Assembly: GCA_037137755.1 (NCBI GenBank)
Contig: JBAXJR010000010.1
Location: 1-60,919 of the forward strand
DNA from: Methanomicrobiales archaeon
GTDB taxonomy: Archaea; Halobacteriota; Methanomicrobia; Methanomicrobiales; Methanospirillaceae
Length of the DNA stretch: 60,919 bases
Direction of reading: 5' to 3'
In this document: one piece after another, positions 29,181 to 38,538 of the stretch
Layout: each line of letters starts with the position of its first letter
Numbering within the stretch: position 1 is the stretch's first letter
The notes under the pieces: generated by a model
Databases searched by the model: none
What the model was told of the DNA's origin: nothing
Seen by the model: the letters and a program-made list of their open reading frames with translations, nothing else
Made by a program: the position numbers and the translations under genes

Positions 29181-29225
29181 AATATTTTGAGGGCGGGAGG
29201 TAAACCGACAATATTTGAGGGCTGG
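29181..29225. repeat. Imperfect direct repeat in the divergent region before orc1/cdc6
   Basis: AATATTTTGAGGGCGG (29181) and AATATTTGAGGGCTGG (29210). Confidence 0.5.
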
Positions 29226-29352
29226 TTAAAAGAAATACGGCTAATTGATTGTTATTGGAGTGACAAGTACGATGTATCCGGATCGTAACACCGTTCACTT
29301 TCAACACGCCTGGTTCAGCTCTATATCCTCACCGGTGCGATGTTCCTATTCT

Positions 29353-30486
29353 ATGAAGTACTACCATGATACAGGAGCGTCACTGTTCCGTAATCCTGAT
29401 GCCTTCGAAATTGCGTATATCCCCGAGGTGTTCAATTTCCGGGACTCACAGATGAAAGACCTTGCCGATGCACTGCGGCCAGGGCTTACCGGTAAATCCC
29501 CTTTCAACATGGTGCTCCGGGGCCTTCCGGGCACGGGAAAAAGCACCGCAGTCCTCCGGGTCTTTTCGGAACTCGAAGAGACGACATCACGGATCGTTCC
29601 AGTATACGTGAACTGCCAGTCAGAAAACTCTAAGTTCGCGGTATTTGCAAAAATCTACGGGAAACTGCATGGCCATCAGCCGCCACCCTCCGGAAAGCCA
29701 ATCCGGCAGGTCATATACGATATCGGAAAGATCCTCAACGAGAGGAAGTTGGTGCTCCTGGTCTGCTTTGACGATGCCAATTACCTGCTCCCGGGGAAGG
29801 TACTCAACAGTGTCCTGTACATCCTGCTCAGGCTGCACCAGGAGTACCCCGATGCACGGGCAGGAGTCATCCTCCCGATGAGCGATATGGATATGGATCT
29901 CCGTGCAGTCCTCGACCCAAACGTTATTTCCGTCCTGCTGCCCGATACGATTCACTTCCCGCCGTATAACGAAGTGGAAATCAGCACGATCCTGCGGGAC
30001 CGGATCAGGGTCGGTCTCAATCCCGGTGTCATCACCCCCGACATCTTTGACTGCATCATCAGCCATACCATGCGGACCGGGGACATGCGGGTCGGTCTCG
30101 ACCTGGTGAGACGCAGCGTAACGGCAGCCGAACGGGCCGGAATGGACGTGGTCACGAGGGATCATGTCGAGGCCTCATACGATCCTGCAAAAAATGCACC
30201 CCTTGACGCAAGCATCCAGGCGCTTTGCACGGACGAGCGGAAACTCTATGGGCATATTGCGGACATGTCCCTTGGTACCGGTGAAAGCCTCACGAGCGGG
30301 GCCGTGTTTGAGTCGGTGAAACGTTACATGCCGATTAGTTACACCGGGTTCTACGAGAAACTCAAGAAACTGGACGAGATGCGCCTCATTGAAATGACAT
30401 TTCTGAAAGGCAGGGGAACTACCAGGGAGATTGCGCTCCGGTACGATGCGGAAAAGGTGATGAAACTGACGAGGTACGGGGAGTGA
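29353..30486 (+). CDS. cdc6: Orc1/Cdc6-family replication initiator paralogue
   Basis: YIPEVFNFRDSQ, Walker A GLPGTGKS, YVNC, Walker B CFDDAN, FPPY, GDMRVGLD and a C-terminal wH with GRG.TREI. Confidence 0.92.
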   Translation: MKYYHDTGASLFRNPDAFEIAYIPEVFNFRDSQMKDLADALRPGLTGKSPFNMVLRGLPGTGKSTAVLRVFSELEETTSRIVPVYVNCQSENSKFAVFAKIYGKLHGHQPPPSGKPIRQVIYDIGKILNERKLVLLVCFDDANYLLPGKVLNSVLYILLRLHQEYPDARAGVILPMSDMDMDLRAVLDPNVISVLLPDTIHFPPYNEVEISTILRDRIRVGLNPGVITPDIFDCIISHTMRTGDMRVGLDLVRRSVTAAERAGMDVVTRDHVEASYDPAKNAPLDASIQALCTDERKLYGHIADMSLGTGESLTSGAVFESVKRYMPISYTGFYEKLKKLDEMRLIEMTFLKGRGTTREIALRYDAEKVMKLTRYGE

Positions 30487-31005
30487 ATTGAGGTTTATTC
30501 AATTTTTTATTTGTACATTATACAACCCGGAGCGTTGACGGAAAGATTAATTGGACTATCACTGAAGGCTTACCACAGCCAATTACCGTCCTGTCGTAAA
30601 TCAGTCTCAATGTAAGTGAAATTGTAATCCCGGAAAATGGGTTGGTCATACAGGGGGGAGGACCGGACAGTGCGAACATGCCTGGCAGGTTGATTGTCAA
30701 ATTTGGGAAATCGCAGTGAGTGATTAGTATCTCCCCACAGATTTGTGTACCCTGTTCATCTCAACCTGGCATAAAATTCCGTTTAATCAGGGTTTGTGTC
30801 CCAATTTGGTACGGAAAAGAAAGTCGCGTACCATATCTTGGTCATGATGGTACGCAAATCATCAGACCCGGTTGCCATGATATCGAATGGTTAACATGGG
30901 TATATGAGCCAGCGCCGGGTGGGAGGTGACCAGTGTTTTGCAATTGCAAACTTTCAACCGGGTTATCTGTTTTACTTGAAATACATCTTGTCAAAAAAAG
31001 AGAAA

Positions 31006-31461
31006 TCAATTGGTTTGCCGGGTGAGGTGAATGACAAGGGCTTTTGTATCGTTACCTTCCTCGAGATAATTCAGTTCCAGGGAGTTGGGAGTGATCAACT
31101 TTCCGAATGAAAAGCCTCCGATGCTATCGGCTTCATAGAACTCCCCGTTCGTTGTGATAATCCCCGAGAAGTTCTCGTAGTATGTTTTTCCATCGATTCT
31201 TGGATACTCCTTCTTCCCAATAAATACCTGCCCTTTTTGTGTAGTGATGTTGAAGGTTGCTGCAGGATAATGAGTGAACCCGTCATTCGTTGTATACCCA
31301 TCGCCGGTCCCTTGCCATACACCCGTCATAGTGGGGATGTTCACATTCGTTGATACGGTTGGCGATGCGGTCACCTGAGTGATAGTAGGGGCCTGGGTTG
31401 TACATCCACATGCAAGCACAGCAACGATGAATATGATAAGGATAGCTACTATGAATTTCAT
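31006..31461 (-). CDS. Secreted lipoprotein-like hypothetical protein (probable beta-barrel)
   Basis: Signal peptide ending ACGC, Thr/Pro linker, then MTGVWQG beta strands. Confidence 0.75.
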   Translation of the reverse strand: MKFIVAILIIFIVAVLACGCTTQAPTITQVTASPTVSTNVNIPTMTGVWQGTGDGYTTNDGFTHYPAATFNITTQKGQVFIGKKEYPRIDGKTYYENFSGIITTNGEFYEADSIGGFSFGKLITPNSLELNYLEEGNDTKALVIHLTRQTN

Positions 31462-31713
31462 GATTCAAGTATGGTCACGAAAATTTAATAAAATCTAGCT
31501 TGATGTTTCAACCTGGTATACTATTGGTTCTGTATTTCCGGGCATATGTTGAATCCATTTTCCGGATGTGATGGCAGTGTGATCTGTTCCAGGCTGACTG
31601 GAGTGCGCAGTGGGATAATCGTGTCCTATTTCATTGCTGTGCATACGTAGGATATTTTTTAATGGAATCGGGAGGAGTAAAACCGCCCGGATTCCGCTAA
31701 ATTTTGAACTCCA

Positions 31714-31845
31714 TCACTTCCCCACGAACACCGCCGCTTTCCTGTTTCTCCCGTCCAGCACCACCAGCACCGACCACATGGGGACCGTGTAATACACCGC
31801 CCCGATTGAGAGATTCAATGCTTTTCCCGATGCAGAAAGCAGGGC
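31714..31845 (-). pseudogene. 3' fragment of a homologue of the 34320..34775 gene
   Basis: 132 bp with 20 mismatches to 34320..34451. Encodes ALLSASGKALNLSIGAVYYTVPMWSVLVVLDGRNRKAAVFVGK*. No in-frame ATG before the upstream stop. Confidence 0.85.
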
Positions 31846-32237
31846 GGAACCGGCCAGGTGCCTGGAAATAATAGCCTGCCTTCGGAAATAATTTCATATT
31901 TCTATAGCCATGTCATGGCATAGCAAGGATTAAGTATCCCGAAGTCAACAAAAGGATCAGGTAAGCTCATGTCTGTTATGATGTGTACGAGTGACACAGA
32001 TACGATTCAGGTAACAGACACCTTCTTTTTCTTCTTTAGATAGGGGACCCGTGCGATAGCCGGATCCCCTGTAATGTCGTTCCAGAGAGTTTACCGGATG
32101 GTTTTTATCATGTGTAAAATGTTTCTCAACCCACGTCAGGAGGCAGTAAGGCGGAATATCAGCGTTCGCATAGGACACATTCTGCATGCCACCGAAGGTA
32201 TGACCGGAAGCAATCTTTCAGGCCAGAGGATGTCAAA

Positions 32238-33563
32238 ATGAGAGCAAGCACGATTATTCTGTTAGTATTAGCGGTTGGGCTCATCCTTGGCGGTGTTGCC
32301 ATTTCGGGGTGTACCCAGAAGGCCGCAGCATCGCCAACGGAATTAAAGATCGGGGTGGTTGCCTCGCTGACCGGCCCTTCAAGCGCGACCGGGAAAGACA
32401 TGTGGCAGTCGGCACAGATCGCTGCCGACGAAATAAATGCAAACGGAGGTGTCTACGTTACCGGACTCGGGCAGAAAATCCCGGTAAAAGTCATTGTCGG
32501 TGATGATGAATCCACCCGCGAAGGCGGGCAGAAAGCCGTTTCAAAACTCATTTCAGCTGATAATGTCGATGCCCTTGTCGGTGGTTTTTCAAGTGCCGTG
32601 ACAACGGCATCCCAGTCTGTTGTTGCAGAACGCAAGGTGCCGTACGTCATAACCGGTGCATCGAGCCCGACCATCACGAGGAGGACCGATATTGATACGT
32701 CCTACATGTATCACTTCTGCCCGACAACCGATGACTACGGAGGACAGACCACCCGGTTCATCAGCAATTTCATGAGGCCTGCAATCTACCAGAAATTTAG
32801 TCTTGATACTGCCCGGCCACTTCGGCTTGCAATTGTTTACCAGGACAGTCCTTATGGGAAAGGAGTTCTCACGGCGGTTGAAAACACGATAAAGAATGAG
32901 AACCTGCCCGTTAAAATTGTAAGCAACGAATCGTTCAAAATGGGTGAGACTGACTACCGGACATTGCTCACCAATGTCAGGGCGAGTCAGCCCGACGTGA
33001 TTTATTCTGCGGCCTTCCTCAATGAACAGGGCCCCATGATCACCCAGGCCCGGAGAGATGTAGGGCTGAATACCCTGTTCGTCGTGGTAGAGTGCAACGA
33101 CGATCCGGATTATTACAAGAGCCTCAGCAGGTATGGCGAAGGCTCGGTTATAGAAAGCCATTTCAGCCCCTACACGGTGCCGAAAGGTTCTACCTCCGAT
33201 GCGGCTGTTGCTTTCAAGAACAGCTACCAGAACAAATGGGGTGGACTCCCCAGTATGATGGGTGCGACCACGTATGAGGGAGTGAACATTGTCGCTAATG
33301 CAGTCGGGCAGGCAGGATCGCTTGATAAAGCGAAGATCAAGGATGCCCTTGCGGCCACAAATATGCCTGAATCAATAGAGGCCATGAAGGATGGAAAAAT
33401 CACCTTCTCAAAGGATGCCCGTGAGGCAAACTTCAACCTCTACATGGAACAGCTTGCATGGAACGAAACACTGAAGGAACTCCGGCCGACTATTGTTTAT
33501 CCAGCTGACCTGAGCCAGGGCAATTTTGTTCTCCCTGACTGGTACCAACCGGGAACAGCCTGA
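32238..33563 (+). CDS. Branched-chain amino acid (LivJ/K-type) ABC substrate-binding lipoprotein, orphan
   Basis: Signal peptide with SGC, KIGVVASLTG, EINANGG, GGFSS, DSPYG and TDYRTLL. No permease nearby. Confidence 0.9.
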   Translation: MRASTIILLVLAVGLILGGVAISGCTQKAAASPTELKIGVVASLTGPSSATGKDMWQSAQIAADEINANGGVYVTGLGQKIPVKVIVGDDESTREGGQKAVSKLISADNVDALVGGFSSAVTTASQSVVAERKVPYVITGASSPTITRRTDIDTSYMYHFCPTTDDYGGQTTRFISNFMRPAIYQKFSLDTARPLRLAIVYQDSPYGKGVLTAVENTIKNENLPVKIVSNESFKMGETDYRTLLTNVRASQPDVIYSAAFLNEQGPMITQARRDVGLNTLFVVVECNDDPDYYKSLSRYGEGSVIESHFSPYTVPKGSTSDAAVAFKNSYQNKWGGLPSMMGATTYEGVNIVANAVGQAGSLDKAKIKDALAATNMPESIEAMKDGKITFSKDAREANFNLYMEQLAWNETLKELRPTIVYPADLSQGNFVLPDWYQPGTA

Positions 33564-33630
33564 AAAATGGGTGAATGGGGTACCCGGGTCCCCCCAAACT
33601 ATACTTGTTTTTTTCTGCAGCACTTCCAAA

Positions 33631-34248
33631 TCATTCGTCTTCGTCTGATTCATTCCAGGTTTCATATCCTTCCCAAAACAAAAATATCGATATAATAAGG
33701 CCGGCAATTGGGTCTGCCTGCCAGAATCCGAAGAAGTAATTAGCTCCAAGGCCAATCAAAAGTGAAACCGACAAAAATGCACAGGTAATTGTTTCTTTAG
33801 AGTCCGCAATGAGAGCTTTGCTCCCTATCTGGTTACCAACTACATACTTCCTCCAGGCGAGAACCGGCATAATAATAAGTGAAAATACTGCAATAACCAT
33901 CCCGATTAAGGATGGCTGGGAGATCTCCTGGGTCACAAGTTTGCTAATGGATACAAACACAACGTAAATTCCCAGTACCAAAAATGTTATCGCAACTAAT
34001 TTTTTAGCCTTATTTTCCACAATCTCTTCTTCTTCCTCGGAAATGTGGCCATGATTACGAAGTCGCCAGATCAGGACAGACCCGGAAAGAGACTCAACAA
34101 CACTATCGAGACCGAAACTGATAAGCGAAATGCTTGAAGCCGCGTTGCCAAAAAATATCGATAAAATTGCCTCGATAATGTTATAACCGACTGTAAAATA
34201 TTCCAATAACAGGGCTGTCTGGAATAATGATTCGGATTTTTCTTTCAT
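33631..34248 (-). CDS. Cation-efflux (CDF-related, TM-domain-only) membrane protein
   Basis: YNIIEA, SISLISFGLDSVVE, ALIADS and WQADP. About 6 TM helices. AT-rich gene. Confidence 0.8.
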   Translation of the reverse strand: MKEKSESLFQTALLLEYFTVGYNIIEAILSIFFGNAASSISLISFGLDSVVESLSGSVLIWRLRNHGHISEEEEEIVENKAKKLVAITFLVLGIYVVFVSISKLVTQEISQPSLIGMVIAVFSLIIMPVLAWRKYVVGNQIGSKALIADSKETITCAFLSVSLLIGLGANYFFGFWQADPIAGLIISIFLFWEGYETWNESDEDE

Positions 34249-34319
34249 TGGATAGTAAAAGAATCAGTTTGAAGATTATATAACTGAATTGCCAGGTCAG
34301 GATTTTATTAATATTCATT

Positions 34320-34775
34320 TCATTTCCCCACAAACACCGCCGCCTTTCTATTCCTACCATCCAGCACCGCCAGCACCGATCGTAATGGAACCGTGTAATA
34401 CACAGCCCCGATTGAAATATTCAATGCCTTTCCCGATGCAGAAAGCCGGGCCTTACCGACGACCTTTCGTGGACTACCGAGCAACCTGATTTCCCGCGTA
34501 TCCCCATCAAGCACCGCATCAATATCCTCATTCAGCAGGAGAAATACCCGGCTGTCAAGGTCAGAGTAGATTGCAATCCCAGCCGGGCACATGATCAGCC
34601 TCCCTGCTTTTTCAAATGATGACCGGCTGGAGGGGTAGGTAACGAACTGAGTCGGCGGTTCTTCTGTAGCCTGCTCTTTTGCAACCGGAGGAATTTTAAC
34701 GGGTTCCTGCACACTTCTCCACCCGGACAGGACTTCCTTCAACCGATCAAAAAATTTCCGGAGGGTGGCAATCAT
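34320..34775 (-). CDS. Hypothetical protein of the element's replication operon
   Basis: ATG 34775 with a GAGGGTGA RBS. C-terminal tandem beta-beta-beta-alpha-like units. Confidence 0.7.
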   Translation of the reverse strand: MIATLRKFFDRLKEVLSGWRSVQEPVKIPPVAKEQATEEPPTQFVTYPSSRSSFEKAGRLIMCPAGIAIYSDLDSRVFLLLNEDIDAVLDGDTREIRLLGSPRKVVGKARLSASGKALNISIGAVYYTVPLRSVLAVLDGRNRKAAVFVGK

Positions 34776-34830
34776 GCGATCACCCTCACGAATTCCGGGC
34801 AGTAATCCAGACCCTTCAGCCACAATAACA

Positions 34831-37800
34831 TCATTGGCACATCCCCTCCTGCTCACTACCCCCTGATTGCCGGGAGATCTCCCGGTTGTAGCAGTAATCA
34901 CAGAGTTTCACCTTCGTGGCCTCGTCATACCAGGCAGCACTTCCAATGTCACAGACCGAACACCGGCCGAGGTCCCGGGTCAACCTTTTCATCGACCTCA
35001 CGGGGAGCACTCCCGGTAATGGTAACCCCGAAGCCTGTGCTTTCAACACGGCATCACCGTGACAGGTCCTGCACAATCTCCGGGCAGGGAGAGCGGGATT
35101 GCTGGCCCGTTCGGGGGTAAGCTTCTCGATAAACCACGAATCACCCCGCTTCCCACAACAGGTACAGGGTACCCTGTCGGGATAGTCTGCCTTCCGGTAG
35201 TCACCCGGATGTATCCCGGCAGGCGGAATCCGGTCATGTCCCTGTACATCGGGCGAAATCTTCCGCGTGGATATTCCAGGTTGTACATCAACGTTTTCAC
35301 AGATTGGGGGCAGGTTACAGGACTCCCTGTTTTGTCGTACGGAATTCTGTACTTCACAATGAGTAGGTACGTGTAGGTCACACGTGCCGTCGGGAGTCTC
35401 CGCGAGATCTGATTTTTCAGAATAGAGCTGATCATTAGTACAGCTATGGGTAGGAATGTCATCAATTCCTGAATCACGGGCATCCCGTGGGAATTGATCC
35501 ACGCGGAAACTTTCAGCTATTGTGCAGCTTGTTTCCGTAGTCTGCCCGTCTTTTCCGTACGGGTCATCCCGGAGCCAGACACTCCCGCCGCTGCACCAAA
35601 TCCTGAACAACACGTCATCAAAGGTATAGGCATTCGTCCTCCTTCGCATCGAAATCCCGGTATCATTCTCATCGCATACCACCGTCCTGTCGGTATAGGC
35701 AATCGCCGGGCACTTCTCGAGCAGGCCGGAATAGGCATACCCCCGGGTGATGTAGCCATGCATCGTCCGGTAGACCACCCCGTTTGAGAGGCCCGTCGCC
35801 TTCTGCAGCATCGAGGTCGTGAACTCAGTCCAGCTGTGCCGGGCGATGATGGTAAGGAGGTCTGATTCTTTCTTCGTCAGCTTCGTCGTCTGGCCACCCG
35901 CTGACCCGTTGAGCAGCTCGAACAGCCGGGCCGCAGCGTTAAAATCTTCAAGGGTTGCAGTAATGCAGCGTACATCTCCCACCTGCGTTACTTCGCGCTG
36001 CATGAACCGGAGGAGGGCATGGGCCTTGATCAGGTCGAGCAGCATCCCTGAATTCCGCCTGTTGCTCCTCGACTGGAACTCGATCTGTTCCGAAAACGGC
36101 ACCCGGACGTACAACCGCTGGCGTCCCAGCACCTCCCACATCGCCCGGCAGACCGCGAGTTCCGGCCGTTCAACCTCGTTGGCAACGGGAAAATCCGAGT
36201 CCTTCGCCAGGATACAGGCCAGAACGCGGTCGTCCTGGTCGGCCGTGTCATCGATCCAGCAGGTCAGCATCCGGTTGAACACCTGGTCGTCCCCGCTGCC
36301 TTCGACCTTCGCCACCCACCAGGTACACCGCTCCGGGATCGTGCAGACCTGGGGCTTTCTGTCCTTATTCACCGTCCGGTACTCGAACGGCTCTTTGAAC
36401 GAGGTGGTCACTCCCTTGAGGACCTCCTGCATTTCATCGGAAAGCGTGGTATCGTCGAGCACGATCACCATCCCCGGGACCAGGTTTTCGAGGTAGAACA
36501 GCGCCTTGTTGCTCATCCTGCCCGAGAGCCTGAACCTCCCGGGGACCTGCAGGAGCATTTTTGAAAATGCGTGGCTCTTCCCCTTCCCGCTCTCCCCCGT
36601 GACCGAGACATGAAGCCCGACCGTGTTGATCACCGACCGGCTCGCAAGCGACATGACCAGGCACGCTGCAACCGTCTCGTCCCCGACATGGTCGAGTGCA
36701 AACGTATTCAGCATCGCCTGGAGCGGATCGCCATACTGAAGTACTGCCATTGCTTCCTGCATCCCGGGAAGGTCATGAAGTCCCGGGACTGGTGAAGGGG
36801 GGAGAGGTGAGGGATGGTCAGGAGTGGCCTTTTTCCTCGCAACCTTCGGTTCAGCCATTTCCCGGAGTTCCGACCACCGCTGCTCCCCTCCACCGCAGGA
36901 CGCATGATGACACCCGGCATGGATGGCCCCGTTCCCGAACTGGATGGCAAATGCACCATCTTGGTGGTCGCATGAAAACGGGCACTGGTGAAAGGTGAAC
37001 AACGTCCCACCCTGGTAGGGCTTCCCGGTGGACACCTCAAAATTATGCTCATGTAACCAGGCCCCAAGGTCGGGCGGCCTACTGTATCCTCGTACACCGC
37101 TGGTCCCGCTACGGGAATTTGCAGTGGCTGCCGGCAGGCATTCCGCCAGTTTCATGAGCAATGTATCCCCGGCTTCATCTGCCTCAACCGGGTGAGAACG
37201 GACCAGGGCCCGGCGGTGCGGACGGTCGGATGTATTGTCACCCTTCCTGCACATCGTACCGTAGAGTTTCCAGATCCTTGACGGGTTGTGGACTGTCGTA
37301 TCGATGGTGCTCTCCGGACCGTCGAACATCGCCGCGAGCACCTCCAGGCACTTCTTCACCAGCTCCCGGGACGCCTCGTCATTCGGCAGGTCGATACGGT
37401 ACAACAGGTGGGCACCGTTCCCGCTGTCGGCAACAACCGGGGCCGGCCACCCGAGGTCACTGAGATAAACCGCGATCCGTTCCGCTTTCGCCATCGCGGC
37501 ATTATGCTCCGACTCTGTTGAAGATACCCCGGAAGGCCGTACGGGGTCGACATCAACCGGCAGCCAGCGACGACGGATGATATCGGCATCCGCCGTGGTC
37601 GCATCTTTTTTCGAAAGACGCATCTTGATCCTGTTTGCACGCCGTGAGAGGAGGGCCGGGTTCACCTCGTTCAGGGTCACATAAATCCCCTGGACCCCGG
37701 GCAGGGTATCCAGCGGACTAACCGCGTTTGCGAGCGCTGCCGGGTCATTGAAGTACCCCGAGGCCACCCCGTCGTCGGTGATAGCCCGGACTTCTACGAG

Positions 37801-37881
37801 CTGCCCGGGTTTGAAAAGCACCGAGAGGGCATCCGTCATCGCCTTCATTGCGGGAATACCTGGCTGACAGGGCTCATGCAT
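34831..37881 (-). CDS. Multidomain replication protein: AEP/RepB'-like primase, Zn finger, P-loop NTPase, wHTH and Cys-rich tail
   Basis: PVDVD, DSGNGAHL, IDTTVHNPSRIWKLYGT; CPFSCDH...CHHASC; GESGKGKS and IVLDD; C-terminal CTCC/CRTC/CSVC/CDYC. ATG 37881 overlaps the hjc-like stop. Confidence 0.85.
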   Translation of the reverse strand: MHEPCQPGIPAMKAMTDALSVLFKPGQLVEVRAITDDGVASGYFNDPAALANAVSPLDTLPGVQGIYVTLNEVNPALLSRRANRIKMRLSKKDATTADADIIRRRWLPVDVDPVRPSGVSSTESEHNAAMAKAERIAVYLSDLGWPAPVVADSGNGAHLLYRIDLPNDEASRELVKKCLEVLAAMFDGPESTIDTTVHNPSRIWKLYGTMCRKGDNTSDRPHRRALVRSHPVEADEAGDTLLMKLAECLPAATANSRSGTSGVRGYSRPPDLGAWLHEHNFEVSTGKPYQGGTLFTFHQCPFSCDHQDGAFAIQFGNGAIHAGCHHASCGGGEQRWSELREMAEPKVARKKATPDHPSPLPPSPVPGLHDLPGMQEAMAVLQYGDPLQAMLNTFALDHVGDETVAACLVMSLASRSVINTVGLHVSVTGESGKGKSHAFSKMLLQVPGRFRLSGRMSNKALFYLENLVPGMVIVLDDTTLSDEMQEVLKGVTTSFKEPFEYRTVNKDRKPQVCTIPERCTWWVAKVEGSGDDQVFNRMLTCWIDDTADQDDRVLACILAKDSDFPVANEVERPELAVCRAMWEVLGRQRLYVRVPFSEQIEFQSRSNRRNSGMLLDLIKAHALLRFMQREVTQVGDVRCITATLEDFNAAARLFELLNGSAGGQTTKLTKKESDLLTIIARHSWTEFTTSMLQKATGLSNGVVYRTMHGYITRGYAYSGLLEKCPAIAYTDRTVVCDENDTGISMRRRTNAYTFDDVLFRIWCSGGSVWLRDDPYGKDGQTTETSCTIAESFRVDQFPRDARDSGIDDIPTHSCTNDQLYSEKSDLAETPDGTCDLHVPTHCEVQNSVRQNRESCNLPPICENVDVQPGISTRKISPDVQGHDRIPPAGIHPGDYRKADYPDRVPCTCCGKRGDSWFIEKLTPERASNPALPARRLCRTCHGDAVLKAQASGLPLPGVLPVRSMKRLTRDLGRCSVCDIGSAAWYDEATKVKLCDYCYNREISRQSGGSEQEGMCQ

Positions 37882-38221
37882 GGCAACCGGCTCCCATAAT
37901 ACCCCCTGGTAATACATCGTACATGTGCCAGCCTTCGTGGTCGACATAGATCCAGAGCTGAACCTTGGTTCCAGGTGGAGCCGGAGTCCTCTGGAGGAGC
38001 CGGATTACACCCCCGAAATGAATCGTTACAGTCCGTGCCGACTCGATCTTCGACCGCCACCGGCGGGTCTTCACGAGGAGCACATGGTCAGGGGACCAGG
38101 CTACAAGGTCAACCGGTGTCTGGGAACCTGCGGAACGGACGACAAAATAGCCCTGCCTGAGCAGCAGGTTCCTCGCGATAAAATCTACTTCATGGGGCCT
38201 CGTATGCCCGGGCTCTGTCAT
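37874..38221 (-). CDS. Hjc-like (PD-(D/E)XK) Holliday junction resolvase homologue
   Basis: LLRQGYFVVRSAGSQTPVDLVAW...LLVKTR. Confidence 0.75.
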   Translation of the reverse strand: MTEPGHTRPHEVDFIARNLLLRQGYFVVRSAGSQTPVDLVAWSPDHVLLVKTRRWRSKIESARTVTIHFGGVIRLLQRTPAPPGTKVQLWIYVDHEGWHMYDVLPGGIMGAGCHA

Positions 38222-38538
38222 CGGTCCACCACCCCGGAGGACTCAGGTATCCGTGCCAGTTCTGCGACCGGCCGTAACCCCGTTGATACGTCAACGAATA
38301 CCCCTCGTGGGAGCAGCCAGCATGAAGGACCACAATGGAATTCTATTGCTTTCCCGGCCCGGTGAGGGGTGATGAAGGAGCCGGCATCAATAATGCCGCC
38401 CGGTAACCGGAGCGGGATGGTACTGCCCCAGAAGAGCAGGCTCCGGACCTCCTTCGGGGAGAGCGTGAAGGTGTTACCGCCAATTACTACGATAAGGCAC
38501 CCTTCGGTTGCGGTATGGACTGTGGCCGTGCAGGTCAT
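38218..38538 (-). CDS. Hypothetical protein, apparent paralogue of the 34320 gene
   Basis: ATGA overlap with the hjc-like gene. GGTGA RBS before ATG 38538 (alternative start 38559). AGKAIEF...LLP...V..G aligns with SGKALNI...TVP...VLDG. Confidence 0.65.
   Translation of the reverse strand: MTCTATVHTATEGCLIVVIGGNTFTLSPKEVRSLLFWGSTIPLRLPGGIIDAGSFITPHRAGKAIEFHCGPSCWLLPRGVFVDVSTGLRPVAELARIPESSGVVDR

Noticed and set aside
31697-31897. 66-aa ORF in the track
   Set aside because: It is in a different frame from the real homology, which is the pseudogene fragment 31714..31845.
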